Both the position numbers and the translations under genes were made by a program. Positions 25,266-38,600 of a DNA stretch of 64,000 bases are shown here, piece by piece; positions within the stretch are counted from its first letter, which is position 1, and the number at the start of each line of letters is the position of its first letter. Under the pieces are notes generated by a model. The model saw only the letters and a program-made list of their open reading frames with translations. It had not been told where the DNA came from and searched no databases. Source of the DNA: Heteronotia binoei (Eukaryota); assembly GCF_032191835.1 (NCBI RefSeq), contig NC_083239.1, positions 24,800,001 through 24,864,000 on the forward strand, written 5' to 3'.

Positions 25266-25610
25266 CTGGAATGAGGAGAGGGAGAGAAGGATTATAGTAC
25301 ATTAATGGGACAATGCTGCCCCCTAGCACTTGTCATAAATCAAGATATTCTATGACTATTCAGGTAATGACATCGCTGGGTTCAGGCTAAGGTAACAACA
25401 CTTAGTACCACGTAGTCACTAGCAACAAACAAGCATGGGTAACAATAACAAAAGTTTAAAAATTCCTGCAAATCGCTACCCCTTATAGTCCTAATACGTT
25501 ATACAATATGTCTCAATTCAACCACAAACACTCAAGTTGGACATTTAAACTGGTCTTAGCAGACACTCCATTTTCTATCACTCTTCTCAGTTGCTTACTG
25601 CAGTGCCTAC

Positions 25611-25723
25611 CTGCAATCACTCCAGCCATATACACCAGGCCGACTCTGTGTCCTTTGTGAACCAACTCAAGGGGGATTCCCAAAAAAAGCTGAAGGAAAA
25701 GGTTTCCCAAGATATGCTCAATG
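25611..25723 (-). CDS. RHBDL2: RHBDL2 coding exon 3
   Basis: IEHILGNLFLQLFLGIPLELVHKGHRVGLVYMAGVIA, 113 nt. Confidence 0.96.
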
Positions 25724-26476
25724 CTGCCAAGAGAAGACAAAATTTACAAGGATGAACTAGCAAGTGATTTCTCCAGAGCATTTATGTCTGCCTTCACTGG
25801 ATGAAGAACCATAATCAGCATTCAGAATACCTGTTTTCTACCTTTACATTTCAGAAGTCTTAGCATATTTAATATTGTTGCAGAATTAGGGCTGGATAGA
25901 GTCTCAGTCTCAGTTGTCTGCCCATGCTAGCCCAGTCCTATTTCAATTTCCATAGTATTTAGCCTCTATTAGTTAAAACTCTGGTTCTGTTTCCCAAGAG
26001 GCTTTAGGATGCTTCGAATGATGTGACCTTCCTGGTTCCCATAACAGCTGTCCTTTAGCCTCATGTGACTTTTGTATTTTGTAATTTTTATATCTTATCA
26101 AATTCTACATAAAGCATCAGAGCCTAAGCTTTCTGAGACTGTTTTAGGTAACCTTGACTGTTTGAGTAAAACCAACTTAACACAGCTTTCCCGGATTCAC
26201 GTGACTCTGAAGCACAGAGAGAAAGGGCTGAGCTTTGGTGTGTACGTTACTATATGACAGATAGTCGTCACAGGGTTGATTGGCAGTTACATTGGCTCCT
26301 ATGGATGGTGAAAGGTACTTAATGTATGAATGTATTCTTGTTGCTTGTTGTTCTTGCCAACAACCCATTGTATCTGGATCTTGATGAGAGCATCCAAGGA
26401 TATCCTTTATACAATTACTGTGCACAATTATTAAGGATGAATTTGGATTAATGCATGATTCTTATATGCTTTAATG

Positions 26477-26896
26477 CAGCAGTCCCCAACCTTTTTGGCC
26501 CCAGGGACCGGCCTCAGGGCTGGCAGGGTGGAGGCACCCAATTCAGTCTCCCCTTGCCCCCCCCACAGCGCCTTTTCCTCCTTCACCGCCTTCCCTTGCT
26601 GCCTCACAACCTCCTCCCTGTTTTCCTCCTTCACCACCTCCCTCACGCAGCCTCGTAGCCTCCCCCCCCCCACCCGTTTTCACCATTTTAAGGCCAGGGA
26701 AGCACCTCCCAAGCTGACCCCCCAGCCAACCAGCTGATTGGCAGGGAAACCGTTGCAGCAGTGGCGAGCGATGCTGCCCTTGCCTCCTTCCCTTCCCTTA
26801 AAATGGTGAAAAGGGGTGGGAGGCGCCATGGGGAAGGGTGGCGAGGCTGCGCGGCCCATTGCAAACAGGCTGCGGCCTACTGGCTGGGGACCCCTG
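26477..26896. mobile_element. hAT MITE
   Basis: CAGCAGTCCCCAACC / GGCTGGGGACCCCTG ends; perfect 8-bp TSD CTTTAATG. Confidence 0.8.
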
Positions 26897-27789
26897 CTTT
26901 AATGAATTTACATTTGGGATTGAAGTTAAGTTAGAGGCTTTTCAGAATGGTCTCTTTCTTGATGCAATTGGGAAACCAGCTTCTCTCCCTCCCCAAATGA
27001 ACACAATGGAAATGGGATTGTAAGAAAGGTTTTTTGCATCCCTCATTTCCGCAGCAAATATTAACTATGGTTATTACACCCTGACCTGGATGGCCCAGGC
27101 TAGCTACATTTCTTCAGATCTCAGAAGCTAAGCAGGGTCAGCATTGGTTAGTAGTTGGATGGGAAATCAACAAGGAAGTCCAGGGTTGCTAGGCAGAGGC
27201 AAGCAATGGCAAACCACCTCTGAATATCTCGTTTTGAAAACCCTATGGGATCACCATCTGTCCACTTCAACTTGACAGCATTTTCCACCACCCCATAGTT
27301 ATTATTCCCTCTTCCTGCTCTCTGAGCTGAGGTCCAGACAGGAATCTAAAGCAAGTTCTCCAAAAGAGCAGAAGATGTGAAGAACCTACCACTCTTTCAA
27401 CTGTGTGTTAAAGACTAACACTTTTTATTCCAGCATGATGAATCAGAACTCATTTCTTCAGATACATATTGGAAGGAAATGTATGACCCATCCTATTCAA
27501 AGTGGCAGATGAAGGATCATTTATTAACTGTAATGGATCCAGGTTGCACACCTTAAAACATAGCATCACAAATCAAAGTCACGCCCTCTCGTCTTCAAGA
27601 CAGAAATAGTTTTTTCAGTCCGTGATACCCTATGGATAAATTTAATAAACTAACAAAACTAAACTATGGTCTTATCAACAGTAGACTGTTCCATCAGACT
27701 CCACTACATTTATGTTTCCCAGTAAATCCAAATTTGGCAAAAGGCACTCAAAATGACCATCAGCAGCTTCAATGTAATTAGTGGCTCAC

Positions 27790-27938
27790 CCAGCATGCAC
27801 AAGCATGTAAGACAAGAACCTCCAAGCTTCTTTCCTCTTGTCGGGCCTGTACGTAAAAGGACTGTCCCAGATGCTGGAATCTAGGGTCATCCACTGTTCC
27901 TGGGGTTTCCAAACAGCATAATAGATGAAGGTAGTCAG
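27790..27938 (-). CDS. RHBDL2: RHBDL2 coding exon 2
   Basis: LTTFIYYAVWKPQEQWMTLDSSIWDSPFTYRPDKRKEAWRFLSYMLVHAG (WR motif), 149 nt. Confidence 0.96.
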
Positions 27939-28119
27939 CTAGACATAAAGAAGTCACAAAGAAGTCAGGTAGATAGTGGTGGTGGTGGGTTTTAACTCCC
28001 CAGGATGGGGCACACAATCATTTGGAAAGAGCAAACATATCTGTTAACTCTAAAACTCATGTCGATAAATTCATAAACTGTACAAGACACTGTATTCAAT
28101 ACAGGAAATGAAGCCTGGA

Positions 28120-28395
28120 ATCTCCTTAGAAGTTAAAATGACTAAATTGAGACTATAGTGCTTTGGTCACATGACTGGAAGACAGGCTTCACTGGAAAAG
28201 GCAATCATGCTAGGAGAAGCTGAAGGTAGCAGGAAAAGAGGAAAGACCCAACAGTGGATGGATTGACTCAATAAAGGAAGTCACAACCCTCAGTTTGCAA
28301 GACTAAAGCAAGGCTGTTAACCACAGGATTATTTTGGTCATTAATTCATGGGGTCACATAAGTTGGAAGTGACTTGAGATGACACTTACACACAC
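28120..28395 (+). mobile_element. RTE/BovB-like LINE 3' fragment
   Basis: CTGGAAAAGGCAATCATGCTAGGAGAAGCTGAAGGTAGCAGGAAAAGAGGAA..GATGGATTGAC, ending in a (CA)n tail. Confidence 0.7.
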
Positions 28396-28567
28396 ACAAA
28401 TAGTATTTACTGAATGAGAGGAGTGAAATAATGAGCTGAAACAAACGGAAGGTACTTCCAAAGAAAAAACCAAGTGTAATGTCTTAGTGATTGTAAAAAC
28501 ACAAGAAGCAGAACCAGGTATGCAAAGCACAAATGCTTAGTAACCATAGAACAGGTGTATTAGCCAT

Positions 28568-29018
28568 TGTTAAAATGAAGAAGCAGAACGACTGTAGTAA
28601 AAGAAATGACACGGTTGAACAGGCCATGACAACAGTAGAGATTTATAGCAATAGAGACTAATAAGTAGCAAGTACGCAGGCATAATCAAGTAATGAATAT
28701 TAACTGACACACCCTACTTCGGAGAAAAGTACATTTAAATGCACATGCAAAGTATGTAACGGGAGGGGTACATATCAAGGAGGGAGTATGAAGTAGGTGG
28801 CCAGATAGGCTGTACCTTCCGGGTACCTCAGCCTATGGGGAAAGGAGGAAGGACTCATTGGCCAGGAGTAGAGGATAAAAGGGCATATATGGAACTGATC
28901 AGGGAGCTTTGCGACTCCCCTCTTTCTTGATATCAATAAAGTTGTATATTTTAAAGGAGACTCCCGACTGACAGCTCTTTTTCTTTGAATCTCCTGGAGG
29001 GGCCAGGAGAGGCGAACA
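28568..29018 (+). mobile_element. Probable solo LTR
   Basis: TGTT...AACA termini, GATAAAAG about 28884, AATAAA about 28935; flanks CCAT/CATT only partly match as a TSD. Confidence 0.45.
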
Positions 29019-30367
29019 CATTGTCTCTAACACTGAACACATCTATCAATGTTATAAATTGCAACAGCAAATAAATGTGTTTTATAAACAAAATATTTAT
29101 TTTGCTCTGGAGATCTGAAGACTGAGAAAAGAGTTCTAGTATAGGAACCTAACTGTTAGTTTATTATTGTAAGCAGTGGGTCCCAACCTTTGAGGCATGT
29201 TGACCCACAAGTTCAAATTTATTTAGTGTGGTAAAACCCCAGTGATTTATTGTCACATGAATTTTGGACCATAGGTCTTTGGTAGCCATAGGTCTGGTGT
29301 ATTTAACTGCAAGTTTACCTATTTTACAACAGTTACTTGAAGAATCCAAACACAATTTACTTAACACCCTTTTTAATGTGGCATTTGTTCAAATATTTAT
29401 CGCACGTAAGTTGTTCACAGTTCTGAGAAAATGCTAACAAAAAGAAAGCATTCAGAAGGAGTTTTGCATTTTATATATATTCATTATCAGCAGTTTGTAT
29501 GGTAAAGGTATTATATTGGCAGAGATGAGGACACAGTGGAAGGGGAAAATAGCAAAAGGATCTTTTTGATTCTTGAATACTTCCTATTCATTGAATAGAC
29601 CTATTCATTCTTTGGCTGTTTATAATTCAATTAAAATATTTTACACCAAAAATAAATACATAAGGAGAGACTCTGAAAGTACACGTAGCAAGGAGTAGTT
29701 CTTTTACCTCAAAACATTCATATGCTGAGTATTTTAACTTGTACAAGCAGACAACAGTAATTAACTAAATATAACTTGAACAAAGAGTTCATGAAGTACA
29801 TTTCTGGCATTAATCACTATGATTATGTAGAATCCCTGGCCCAGGCTAGCTTCAATTTGTTAGAACTCAGAAGCTAGGCAGGCTTGGTCCTGGTAAGTAC
29901 TTGGATGGGAGATCACCAGGGAAGTCCAGGGTTGCTATGTAGGGGCAGGCAATGGCACAGAGCCTCTGTGCCAGATAACTGTGCCAGTTATCTCTCACCT
30001 TGATAACTGTACAATGTTGCTAAAATAAATCAGCTAAAACTTCACAATACCATCACCGCCGTCCACATTTAGTAGAAGAAAAGATTGGATTTATACCCCG
30101 CCCTTCATTCAGAGTGGTTTAGTCTGCTTTCCCATCCCCTCCCCACAACAGACACCCAGTGAGGTAGGTGGGGCTGAGAGAGCTTTGACAGAAACTGCTC
30201 TTGAGCAGAACAGCTCTGAGAGAACTTGTGACTTACCCCAAGGTAGCACAGCAGCTGCATGTGGAAGAGTGGGGAACCAAACCCAGTTCTCCCAGATTAG
30301 AGTCTGCACACTTAACCACTACACCAAACTGGCTATCTGAACACTGGTGTTGGGGAGTAGAAGTAGC

Positions 30368-30483
30368 CAGGGCCTTTTTTGAGCAGGAACACCCAGGAAT
30401 GCAGTTCCGGCTGGCTTGGTGGCAGGGGCGTGGCCTAATATGCAAATGAGTTCCTGCTGGGCTTTTTCTACAAAAAAGCCCTG
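30368..30483. mobile_element. hAT MITE
   Basis: CAGGGCCTTTTTT / AAAAAAGCCCTG TIRs; perfect TSD GAAGTAGC. Confidence 0.85.
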
Positions 30484-31074
30484 GAAGTAGCCCTGGGATG
30501 AAAGGATGCTACTAGTTGGACTACTGGTCTAATCCAGCAGAGCTGCTCTTATTTAATTGTTCCTGCATGGAGAAAAGGAAACAAGAATCTCTACATGCTG
30601 AATGAGAAAATTAAGGAGAAGGTCTTCTCCTTAAAATGGCAGATTCCCATGGCTGGCAGTTTAACATGGTAGAGCCTTCAATCCTATAATCAGCAATGTG
30701 GATTCTGAAGTGATGCAACCCCATAATCTAAGTTTTATTTTACAAAATTCTGTATCTTATTTTACAAAATTCTGTATCTCACTTTTCTACCCCCACAAGG
30801 GCTACCAAAGCAGCTTGCAAACTAAAACATACATAGTAAAATCACATTTTAAAACTAACCTCCCCCCCAAAAAAACCCACACATCATCAAAACAAGTAAA
30901 CACAGAGTTAAAACAAATAAAAAGTAATAAAAACAACCGAATTTTCACAACTATAGGGTTCCCAACACCCTGAATATTAATACATTCCATCACATTCAGA
31001 GAACTTTCCAAAATTAAATATGCAATCATTAGAGAACTAGAAATAAGAAAGCATGTTTCAGATATTTCTCTTAC

Positions 31075-31305
31075 TTCAGCAACACTGATTGCAAGGATGA
31101 AAATGGGAGGTGGAATGCAGTTGGCTCTTTCAAGGTAGGTCCCTCTGGTATCTTCTGGAAGCATCCATTTGGAAATGGTTTCATGGAAGCTGTCGCAGTT
31201 GAAGCTGTCACAGTTGACACAAACACAACAATTTCTTCCATCCTCACTCTTTTCTTCCTCTGATGCATCAGCAACCCTGTCAGGATTCATTCTCTCAAGC
31301 TCCAT
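31075..31305 (-). CDS. RHBDL2: RHBDL2 first coding exon
   Basis: MELERMNPD...ISKWMLPEDTRGTYLERANCIPPPIFILAISVAE|GT; in-frame TAA just upstream of the ATG fixes the start. Confidence 0.92.
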
Positions 31306-33829
31306 ATTTGAGGGAAGTTACAAGTCCATATTTGAGGGAAGTCAGAAATCAGCCTGCTTCTGACACAAAAAGACATGAACAGCACATTTGTCCTGGAACC
31401 AAGACCACTGCCTTTTCCTCTCATCCACCCTCTGTCTCAATATGTAAGCATTCAGAAGGGGTCTCCATCCTTTTTATGCTTATGGGCACTTTTGGAATTC
31501 TGACAAAGGGCAGGGGTGGACACAATCACAAAATGGCTGCCACAGGAGGCAGAGCCAATCACAAAATGGCTGCCACAGGAGGTAACCTAAGCACAAAGTA
31601 TCAGGGATCTAGATTATATCTAACTCTAATAGTAACTCTGCAACAGAACAAAATTTGTTCTGTTGCTTCAGACCAACACAGCTGCCCATATGGAAGTAAC
31701 TGCAGTATTTCAGACAGAAGCTCAGTTTAACAAGATTCTTTTTAATCTGCACAGCCAATCAGAAGTCCTACTGGGGAAATGCCCCACCTAGTCCTGCCCA
31801 CTTTCTGAAATCACTTGACAGGTGCCAGGAAAGGTGTCGAGAAGATACCATGGTACTAGAGTTGCCAATCCTGGGTTCCAAAATTCCTGGAAACTTGAGG
31901 GAGGAGCCTGGGAGAGTGGGGTTTAAGGAGGGGAGAGACCTTGGTAGGGTATAATGCCATACAGTCCAACTTCCAAAGCAGCCGTTTTCTCAGGTGAAGT
32001 GGAATAAATGTTTTAAATAAAATTATTTATATAGTCTAGAGATCAGTTGTAATTCCAGGAGATCAAGTCCCACCTGGAGGCTAACAACTCTACACAGCAC
32101 CCACAGGCACCACCACTGGGGACCCCTGGGATTCCATCTAGTGAAAGTATGTTGCCTTTGTTGCTGGGCATCCTAGAATCAGCATAAGACTTCTTTTCAC
32201 TTGATGCTTAAATTGGGTGCATTCACACTATACTAAATAATGCATTTTACAACTGGATTTTTGCTATTCTTAAGCTGCTATCACACAAACTTAAATAATG
32301 CACTTTCAATGAACTTTCAGTGCACTTTCCAACTGGATTTTACTGTGTGAACTCGTAAAATCCAGTTGGAAAGTGGTTTGAAAGTGCATTATTACCAGCG
32401 AGCCTGCAGCAGACGTGGACTACTGCACCCTTCTTAAATCTTCGTTCGCGAAGTCAAGCCGAGAGAGAGAGATATTACAGCCCTCCACAGTAAAAATCCA
32501 GTTGCAAAACGCATTATTTAGTGTAGTGTGAACGAACCCTTTGAATTTCCAATTTCCCCCCCTGAACAATTCTGAACATCAACACCGTGTGGCATTTGAA
32601 TTAGACCCTACGAGATCTTTTGTTTTTCCCCACTAGTCAGTTTTAATTCCAGATATGCAGCCATGTTGAGCTGTGGCAGTAAAATAAACCACAGCGGCAT
32701 TTTATAGCCTAGCAAAATTCAGTCTGAGTTCAAGTTTTCATAAGTCAAAGCAAATACCTCACTCACTCGGCTCAGGCAAGCTGCTGCTCAGAATAAATTC
32801 TATCCGTCCTTGAAGCACCACTGAACTCAGATTACTCTGATTCATATTAGTACTCTTATAACTGTTTGACTCCTTCCCACTCCTAGTAGAAGAGAACAGC
32901 TGTCTCTCTCCTGCCCCAGCTCTCAATGTGCCGGGGGAAATCAACCACACCCAAGATGTGGCTTTGCACCACAACCAGGAAGTGAAGCTGGGTACAAATA
33001 GAATTTGGAATGATTCCCAGTGAAATTTACTCCCCAAGCAGATCATTTTGACTACTGTTCCGCTTCCTGGGGCCTGTCATTACTCCACTTGCCAAGCTCC
33101 AGATGGGGCCTGGAGATCCCCCATAATTACAACTTATCTCCAAGCTACACAGATCAGTTTCCCTGGAAGAAGTCCCTGCTTTGGCAGGTGGACTCAATGG
33201 CATTATGCTCCACTGAAGTCCCTCCCCTCCACAGGCTGCTCCCAAATTTCCAGGAATTTCACTCCCAAATTTCCAACCTCCAGGTGTTCACTGAAGATTT
33301 CCTGGGATTCCATGTGACAGAGATCGGTCCACCTGAAGATCATGATACCTTTGGAAGGTGGGCTTTGTAGCATTATGCCTCAAGGGTCCTTCCCCTCCTC
33401 AAACCCCGTCCTTTTCAGGCTCCATCCTTCCAGATCTCTGGGTATTTCCCAACCCACAACTGGCTACCATGGAAGAGAATTACCTGTGCAGCGTTTTACC
33501 CATCTGTGACCTTTCCCCTCACCAACCCCACCTTCTCCAAACTCCACCCCACAAAACCAGAGCTTGACAACCACAAAAGACTGCGAGCTTCCAATTCTAC
33601 TCCCAGGAGCCCACACCACACAGGTACCCCAACCAATACTCCCTCTAAAATGCCGGGTCTTGTGAGCAAAAATTCTACTCTCTGAGCTACTAGCGTTAAA
33701 AGTCGTGAGCTACTGCTCTGGGACCATTTTTCCTGAGCTAAGACAAAAATGTGTGAGCCAGAGGCTAAAAATTGTGAGCTAGCTCACACTAACTCAGCTT
33801 AGAGGGAACACCGACCCCAGCCCAGTTTG

Positions 33830-34650
33830 CCCTTTGGGGGCTTGCGAACTCTCCAGCAAAGCGAGCCGAGGGAGGACCACTCCCGACGGGGCCGGTGTGC
33901 CAGCAGCAGCAGCAGCCCAGGGAAATGCGCCCTCCCCTTAAGAGCGCGGGACTGGCCCAAGGACATTCGCGGGAGCTCCGGCGGCGCGTCAAGGCACTCG
34001 CTGCTTTTCATCGTCTTAGCACCGACCGATTTAGCCGGCGGATGGCAGCCCGACGCCCTTCCCGGCGCGATACATCGCCGCCGCCTGCTCAAAGGCAGGC
34101 AGGCAGGCGGCAACAAGCTCTCCTGCTCGGTGGGCCAAGAGAGAAGTGGCGGCGGAGGCAACGTGGCGCGGGCAAACCCACCTGCGCTCGGGGCTCGGCG
34201 TGGCAGCCGGACGCGGGGAGCCAGCAGGGCACGGCGAGAGCGCGACGCCCAGCTCCGCCTCCACTTCCCAAGCCCAGCCAAAGCAGAGGAGCAGGAAGGG
34301 GTGGCAGCTTCCCCCGAGGTCTGCCTGCGCCTTCCAGCCGCATGGTGGCCATTCAAGCGCGCCGCCTCCTGGGCGTGTGTCGCGGTTGGCTGGCGCTCTT
34401 GGCGTGGCCACAACTGCGATTGGGCCGGGGAAGCCCCGGGTTATAGTTGCCTGGGCGCCAGTGCAGGGCCTGGAGGAACCCAATAGCGGGAGTTTAAAAA
34501 CTGTCCTACCGCAGTTGTTGGCGAGCAAACGCCGCGGAGCTCGGCAAGGCTTTACTTCGAAGGCTGCAGGCTCAGGCTTTGACGAACATGCGTCCGGGAA
34601 TCAACCCAGCAAAGGGCCAAAGGCGACGAAATAAACCCCGTTCGGAAAAA
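33830..34650 (-). promoter_or_regulatory. CpG island; probable RHBDL2 promoter and non-coding first exon (donor CAG|GTGGGT at 34181)
   Basis: CpG-dense, no recognisable protein in any frame; strong minus-strand donor; candidate intermediate UTR exon about 32758/32767-32882. Confidence 0.45.
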
Positions 34651-34905
34651 CCTATTAACTCCTCCATTTTATACGCAGTGTTGTTAAGGGTGTTACTGGC
34701 ATTGGCGGGGTTTGGGTTTACCAACTGATTGGTGTGTCTGGTGTTGAGGGGAGGACCCAATGGTAATATAGGAACTATGGTTTTTGTGCACAGGAAGGAT
34801 TAATAAAGAGCCAAAATGAGGCCGGGATGGATTAAAATTATGCTGGGAGTGTGTGTGTAAGTGCCGCCAAGCCGCTTCCAATTTATGGCGGCCTTATGAA
34901 TTAAT

Positions 34906-35070
34906 GACCAATTTCGCACTAGACTTTTAATTCTGGTTTAGCCCTGTCCTCAAACTGACATTCTACACTAGAATAATAGAATCAGAGAAACCAACTCTAT
35001 GATTTTAGTGTAGAATGTCAGTTTAGAGACAGGGCTAAACCAGGATTAAAGGTCTAGTGCGAAATTGGGC
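34906..35070. mobile_element. Foldback MITE (Harbinger-like)
   Basis: GACCAATTTCGCACTAGAC...GTCTAGTGCGAAATTGGGC; near-complete palindrome; left-half relative at 58620-58835. Confidence 0.75.
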
Positions 35071-36233
35071 TATGACTTCCAAGATCGTTAACAGCCTTGC
35101 AAACCTAAGGTCCTGAGGCAGGGGCAGCTAAACTGCAGCTTGGGAGCCGCAAGTGGCTCTTTCACACTTATTGTGTGGCTCACGAAGCCCCCATCACCCT
35201 GTTGGCATGCTTGGGGGGGGGGGGGTTGCATTTAAAGTTGCTTTCTTTCCACCTCACCCTCCCCATATATCTTCCTTCAAACATCTGACATTCATGTTTT
35301 GCAGCTTTCAAACATCTGACATTTATTCTATGTGGCTCATATTAACGAGATTGGCCATCCATGCCCTGTGTCATCTATCTCATGTTGGATAAGGTGCTAA
35401 TTTTTCCCCTTAGCATTTTACTTCCCTCTTCCCGACTTGCATAGCAAAATCCAGCATACTTGAGAGCAGAATTTTTTATTGGCTGTTTAATGATAGGGGG
35501 AGTGTGGTCTTCTGAACCCAGGTCATCCCAGTCCTACCCTACAATGGCTCTTTGATTTAGTACTGATGGTCTTTCCTCCCAGAGATTTACCAAGCTTATA
35601 ACCTATTAGAATGAGTTTCTGGAAGTCTTTGTGTTGGTTTCAAAAATGTGTTGATCCAAAATTCCACTAGGTCAGCACAGCACATATGCTCTTTCATAGA
35701 CAGTAGGCCTTTATTCGCAACATGTTTTAAGAACCTTTCCCCCCACCAAGCAGAGCAAATGTACGAGGTGAGATTTAACAGCTGCATCCAAGTAAAAGAC
35801 TGCTGCAAGCAGAGACAGCTGGATTTGTGAATCAGGAACCCTGTTGAAATACATTTTGTGACAACTGCTTAGATCTGAAAGTTCATCACACACACACACA
35901 AATCTCTATCAGCCTGTCTCCTACAACACAACAATGTGAGAAGCCCAGACCAGCCTGACCTCGTCAGGTTATAAGTTAAGCAAAGTTAGCCATGGTTAAT
36001 ATTTAGATGAGAGACCAGCAGGAAGACCAGGATTGCTAGGTTAGAGTGAAGGCAAGCCGTAAAACTTCTCATATCTTGCCTTGGAAGCCCTAGCAGGTGT
36101 TCCCATCAATCAGTTCCAACTTGAAGCCACTTAATACGCAGTTCATCCAATAAAATGGCATTTCCATTTGCAGAAAAGGGGGCAGCAACTTCCACCTACC
36201 AATGAATTATCTTACTTTGCTCACTATTGTTCC

Positions 36234-36430
36234 CAGAGCTTTTTCTGAGCAGGAATGCACAGGAACACCCTTCCAGATAGCTTAGCGTGGGGTGTGTGGT
36301 CTAATATGCAAATGAGTTCCCGATGGGCTTTTCCTACAAAAAAGCCGTGTGAAACAATGGTGCTGTCAGGGGGGTGTGGCCTAATATGCAAATAAGTTCC
36401 TGCTGGGCTTTTTGCTACCAAAATGCCCTG
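36234..36430. mobile_element. hAT MITE
   Basis: CAGAGCTTTTT / AAAATGCCCTG ends; perfect TSD ATTGTTCC. Confidence 0.85.
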
Positions 36431-36889
36431 ATTGTTCCTAAGGCTCTTCTCCCAACCCCACACAAAAAAAGAAAGTTTTGGAGGACTGTATCCTGTTTGG
36501 GGGCCCCCTTTGAGGAGAAAAGGGTATACATATTTAAATGAATAAAAATATTACTCTTTGATCTTATGTCTTGGTGTTAATCCATTCGCTGCAGCCTTCC
36601 ATCTGTGTTGTTCTGTATGCTCATCCCTGTCCCAACCAGGATGGCTCAGGCGAGCCCGATCTTGTCAGATCTCAGAAGTTAAGCGGGGGTCAGCCCTGGT
36701 TAGTGCTTGGACAGGCAACCATCAAGGAAATCCAGGGTCACTATGCAGAGACAAACAATGGCAAACCACCTTTGAAAGTCTCTTGCACTGAAAACCCTAC
36801 AGGGTCATCATCAGTGCGACTTGATGGCACTCCCCCCCCCTTAATTATACCCCACCCCAAAGAATTTTTCTTTAAAGGACACTGGCCTT

Positions 36890-36926
36890 CCAGAAAACAC
36901 ACAGCTCTATCAAAACTCAATTTATT
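36890..36926 (-). terminator. Probable RCC1 polyadenylation site
   Basis: AATAAA at 36921-36926 (minus) followed by GU-rich GCTGTGTGTTTT; implies about 1.7-kb 3' UTR. Confidence 0.55.
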
Positions 36927-38600
36927 CCAAACGTTAAGAGTTGTACAGATTTGCTTCCCTTCCACAAATTCTGCCAAAATGTTTTTCAGATCTTTGCCTC
37001 TACCACTCCCCCCTCCCCAGAATATTGCTGAAACTCAGCATTTTAAAAAAACAGCCCTTTGAGGTACTGCTGCTCATCTCTTAGATCTTTTGAATGTGCC
37101 TACCAGAAGAGGAACACTAGGGAAAGTAGGAAGGCTGACTAATTTCTCTGCCCTGGTCCAGCTGTTGCACATAAATGGTACAGAAACAGCACCAGGCTGT
37201 GAGTTCACGCCTCCTTTCCTTCCTTAATGTAGCTTGGGGCCAAATTAGAGGTGAGATCAGTCTTAAAAATGTGTAGTCCCAACAGGAAAGGCAAACAACC
37301 AAGAAGCAAGGCTGCTCTGTCCAGTTCTGATCCACACCCAATATAAGGAAGTCGGCCAAAGGTTTAAAAACACACCAGCCGCTTACTGAAAACACCAGGC
37401 GGATGGTAGCAGCAGATGGCTGGAGATGAGGTTTTAATATTGATAAAAATACAACCGCCTCTGTCTTGTTTAAAAGGGAACAAATGGGTCAAGGAGATCC
37501 CAGTGTATGCTGACATCAGAAAATGAAAAAAGTGAGAGTGCCCAAGTGCACGTGTCAATTCCACGGTCCAGTAATCCATGCAGTAGTTAGATGACAGCAC
37601 AACAGAAGGCATCACGTTTGAGTATCCTGGCTGAAGTTCTGAAAAGGCCATCCAGAAAACATATCCAAAGGGGGCAGCCTCTTGGCCCTCCCAATCCCTT
37701 TAAGGACTCTGAAGCAGGGACAGCTCCCACCTCCCACCCTGCCCCCTAAGAAGCCACCCCAGAGGAACTGTGCATAGGCAAAGCTTTCAAAAGAATGGAA
37801 GAACTGTTCTTTAGAAGCAATTTTCCCCCACACAAGCTGATGAATCCCAACTCTGGCCAACCAGATGAAGGAACATAAGGCCGGTTCACACCCCAGTTGC
37901 ACCTTCTCAAAGCAATGTTTGAGAAGCAACAAAGCCTTATTTCACACACACCCCTTTTTTCCTCACGCCTTTCTTCTCCAAATGCAGTATATTCTCCTGT
38001 CTCCCTTAGACACCAACATCCTGTTTTGTCCTGGGTGACCTGCCACACTTTCTTCTCTTTTTAATTTGGGTGTGGCTCAGGATGATGGCAATTTCCACCT
38101 ACTCTGCCATCTTCACCAAACAAGAAACAGAGGAAGGTGCAAGAAAGCAGAGCATGGCAAGCCACCCAGGACAAACCTGGGTGTCAGGGTCAAAGAACGA
38201 CATGAGAACTCCCTGAGTTTTGAGAAGCGGAAAGATCTGAAGGAAAAAAATAAGTCTAGCAGATGAAGGCTGGAAGACACATATTTGATAGCAAGAGATT
38301 GAAATTTCAGCTGACCTTCTAAGGCTGATGGCAGACGCAGGGAAAAGAACCCCCAAGGAGGTGAAGGGGGCTAGGAAAAACAAGACTCGTTCCAGCCACC
38401 AAGGAAACCTGATTTTTTAGATTTAAACAAATTCCAGCCTCTGAGAGAACACTTTATATAATTATCCTCTCCAGGGGAAAATATCAGAAGGTATGACAGG
38501 ATGCCATCAAAAGCTAGTCTTCTGAGCCCGAAAGACTTGGGAAGATGGAACTGTCCCCCCCACCCCGAGTTCTTGCTGGGGGGTTGCCCGTGCCAGTTTG

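Noticed and set aside
27080-27290. 5S rRNA-like and tRNA-like sequences (also 21027, 36628, 43001)
   Set aside because: Diverged heads fused to SINE bodies; not functional rRNA or tRNA genes.
33799-34413. SRRRRCIAP resembling the AKIRIN1 PKRRRCAP motif
   Set aside because: Wrong strand relative to expected AKIRIN1 orientation, no MACGATLKR or other conserved blocks; GC-rich chance match.
38095-38240. Exon-like segment after strong acceptor TTTTTTCCTTCAG in the RCC1 3' UTR
   Set aside because: No upstream donor found after the stop codon and no recognisable coding content.
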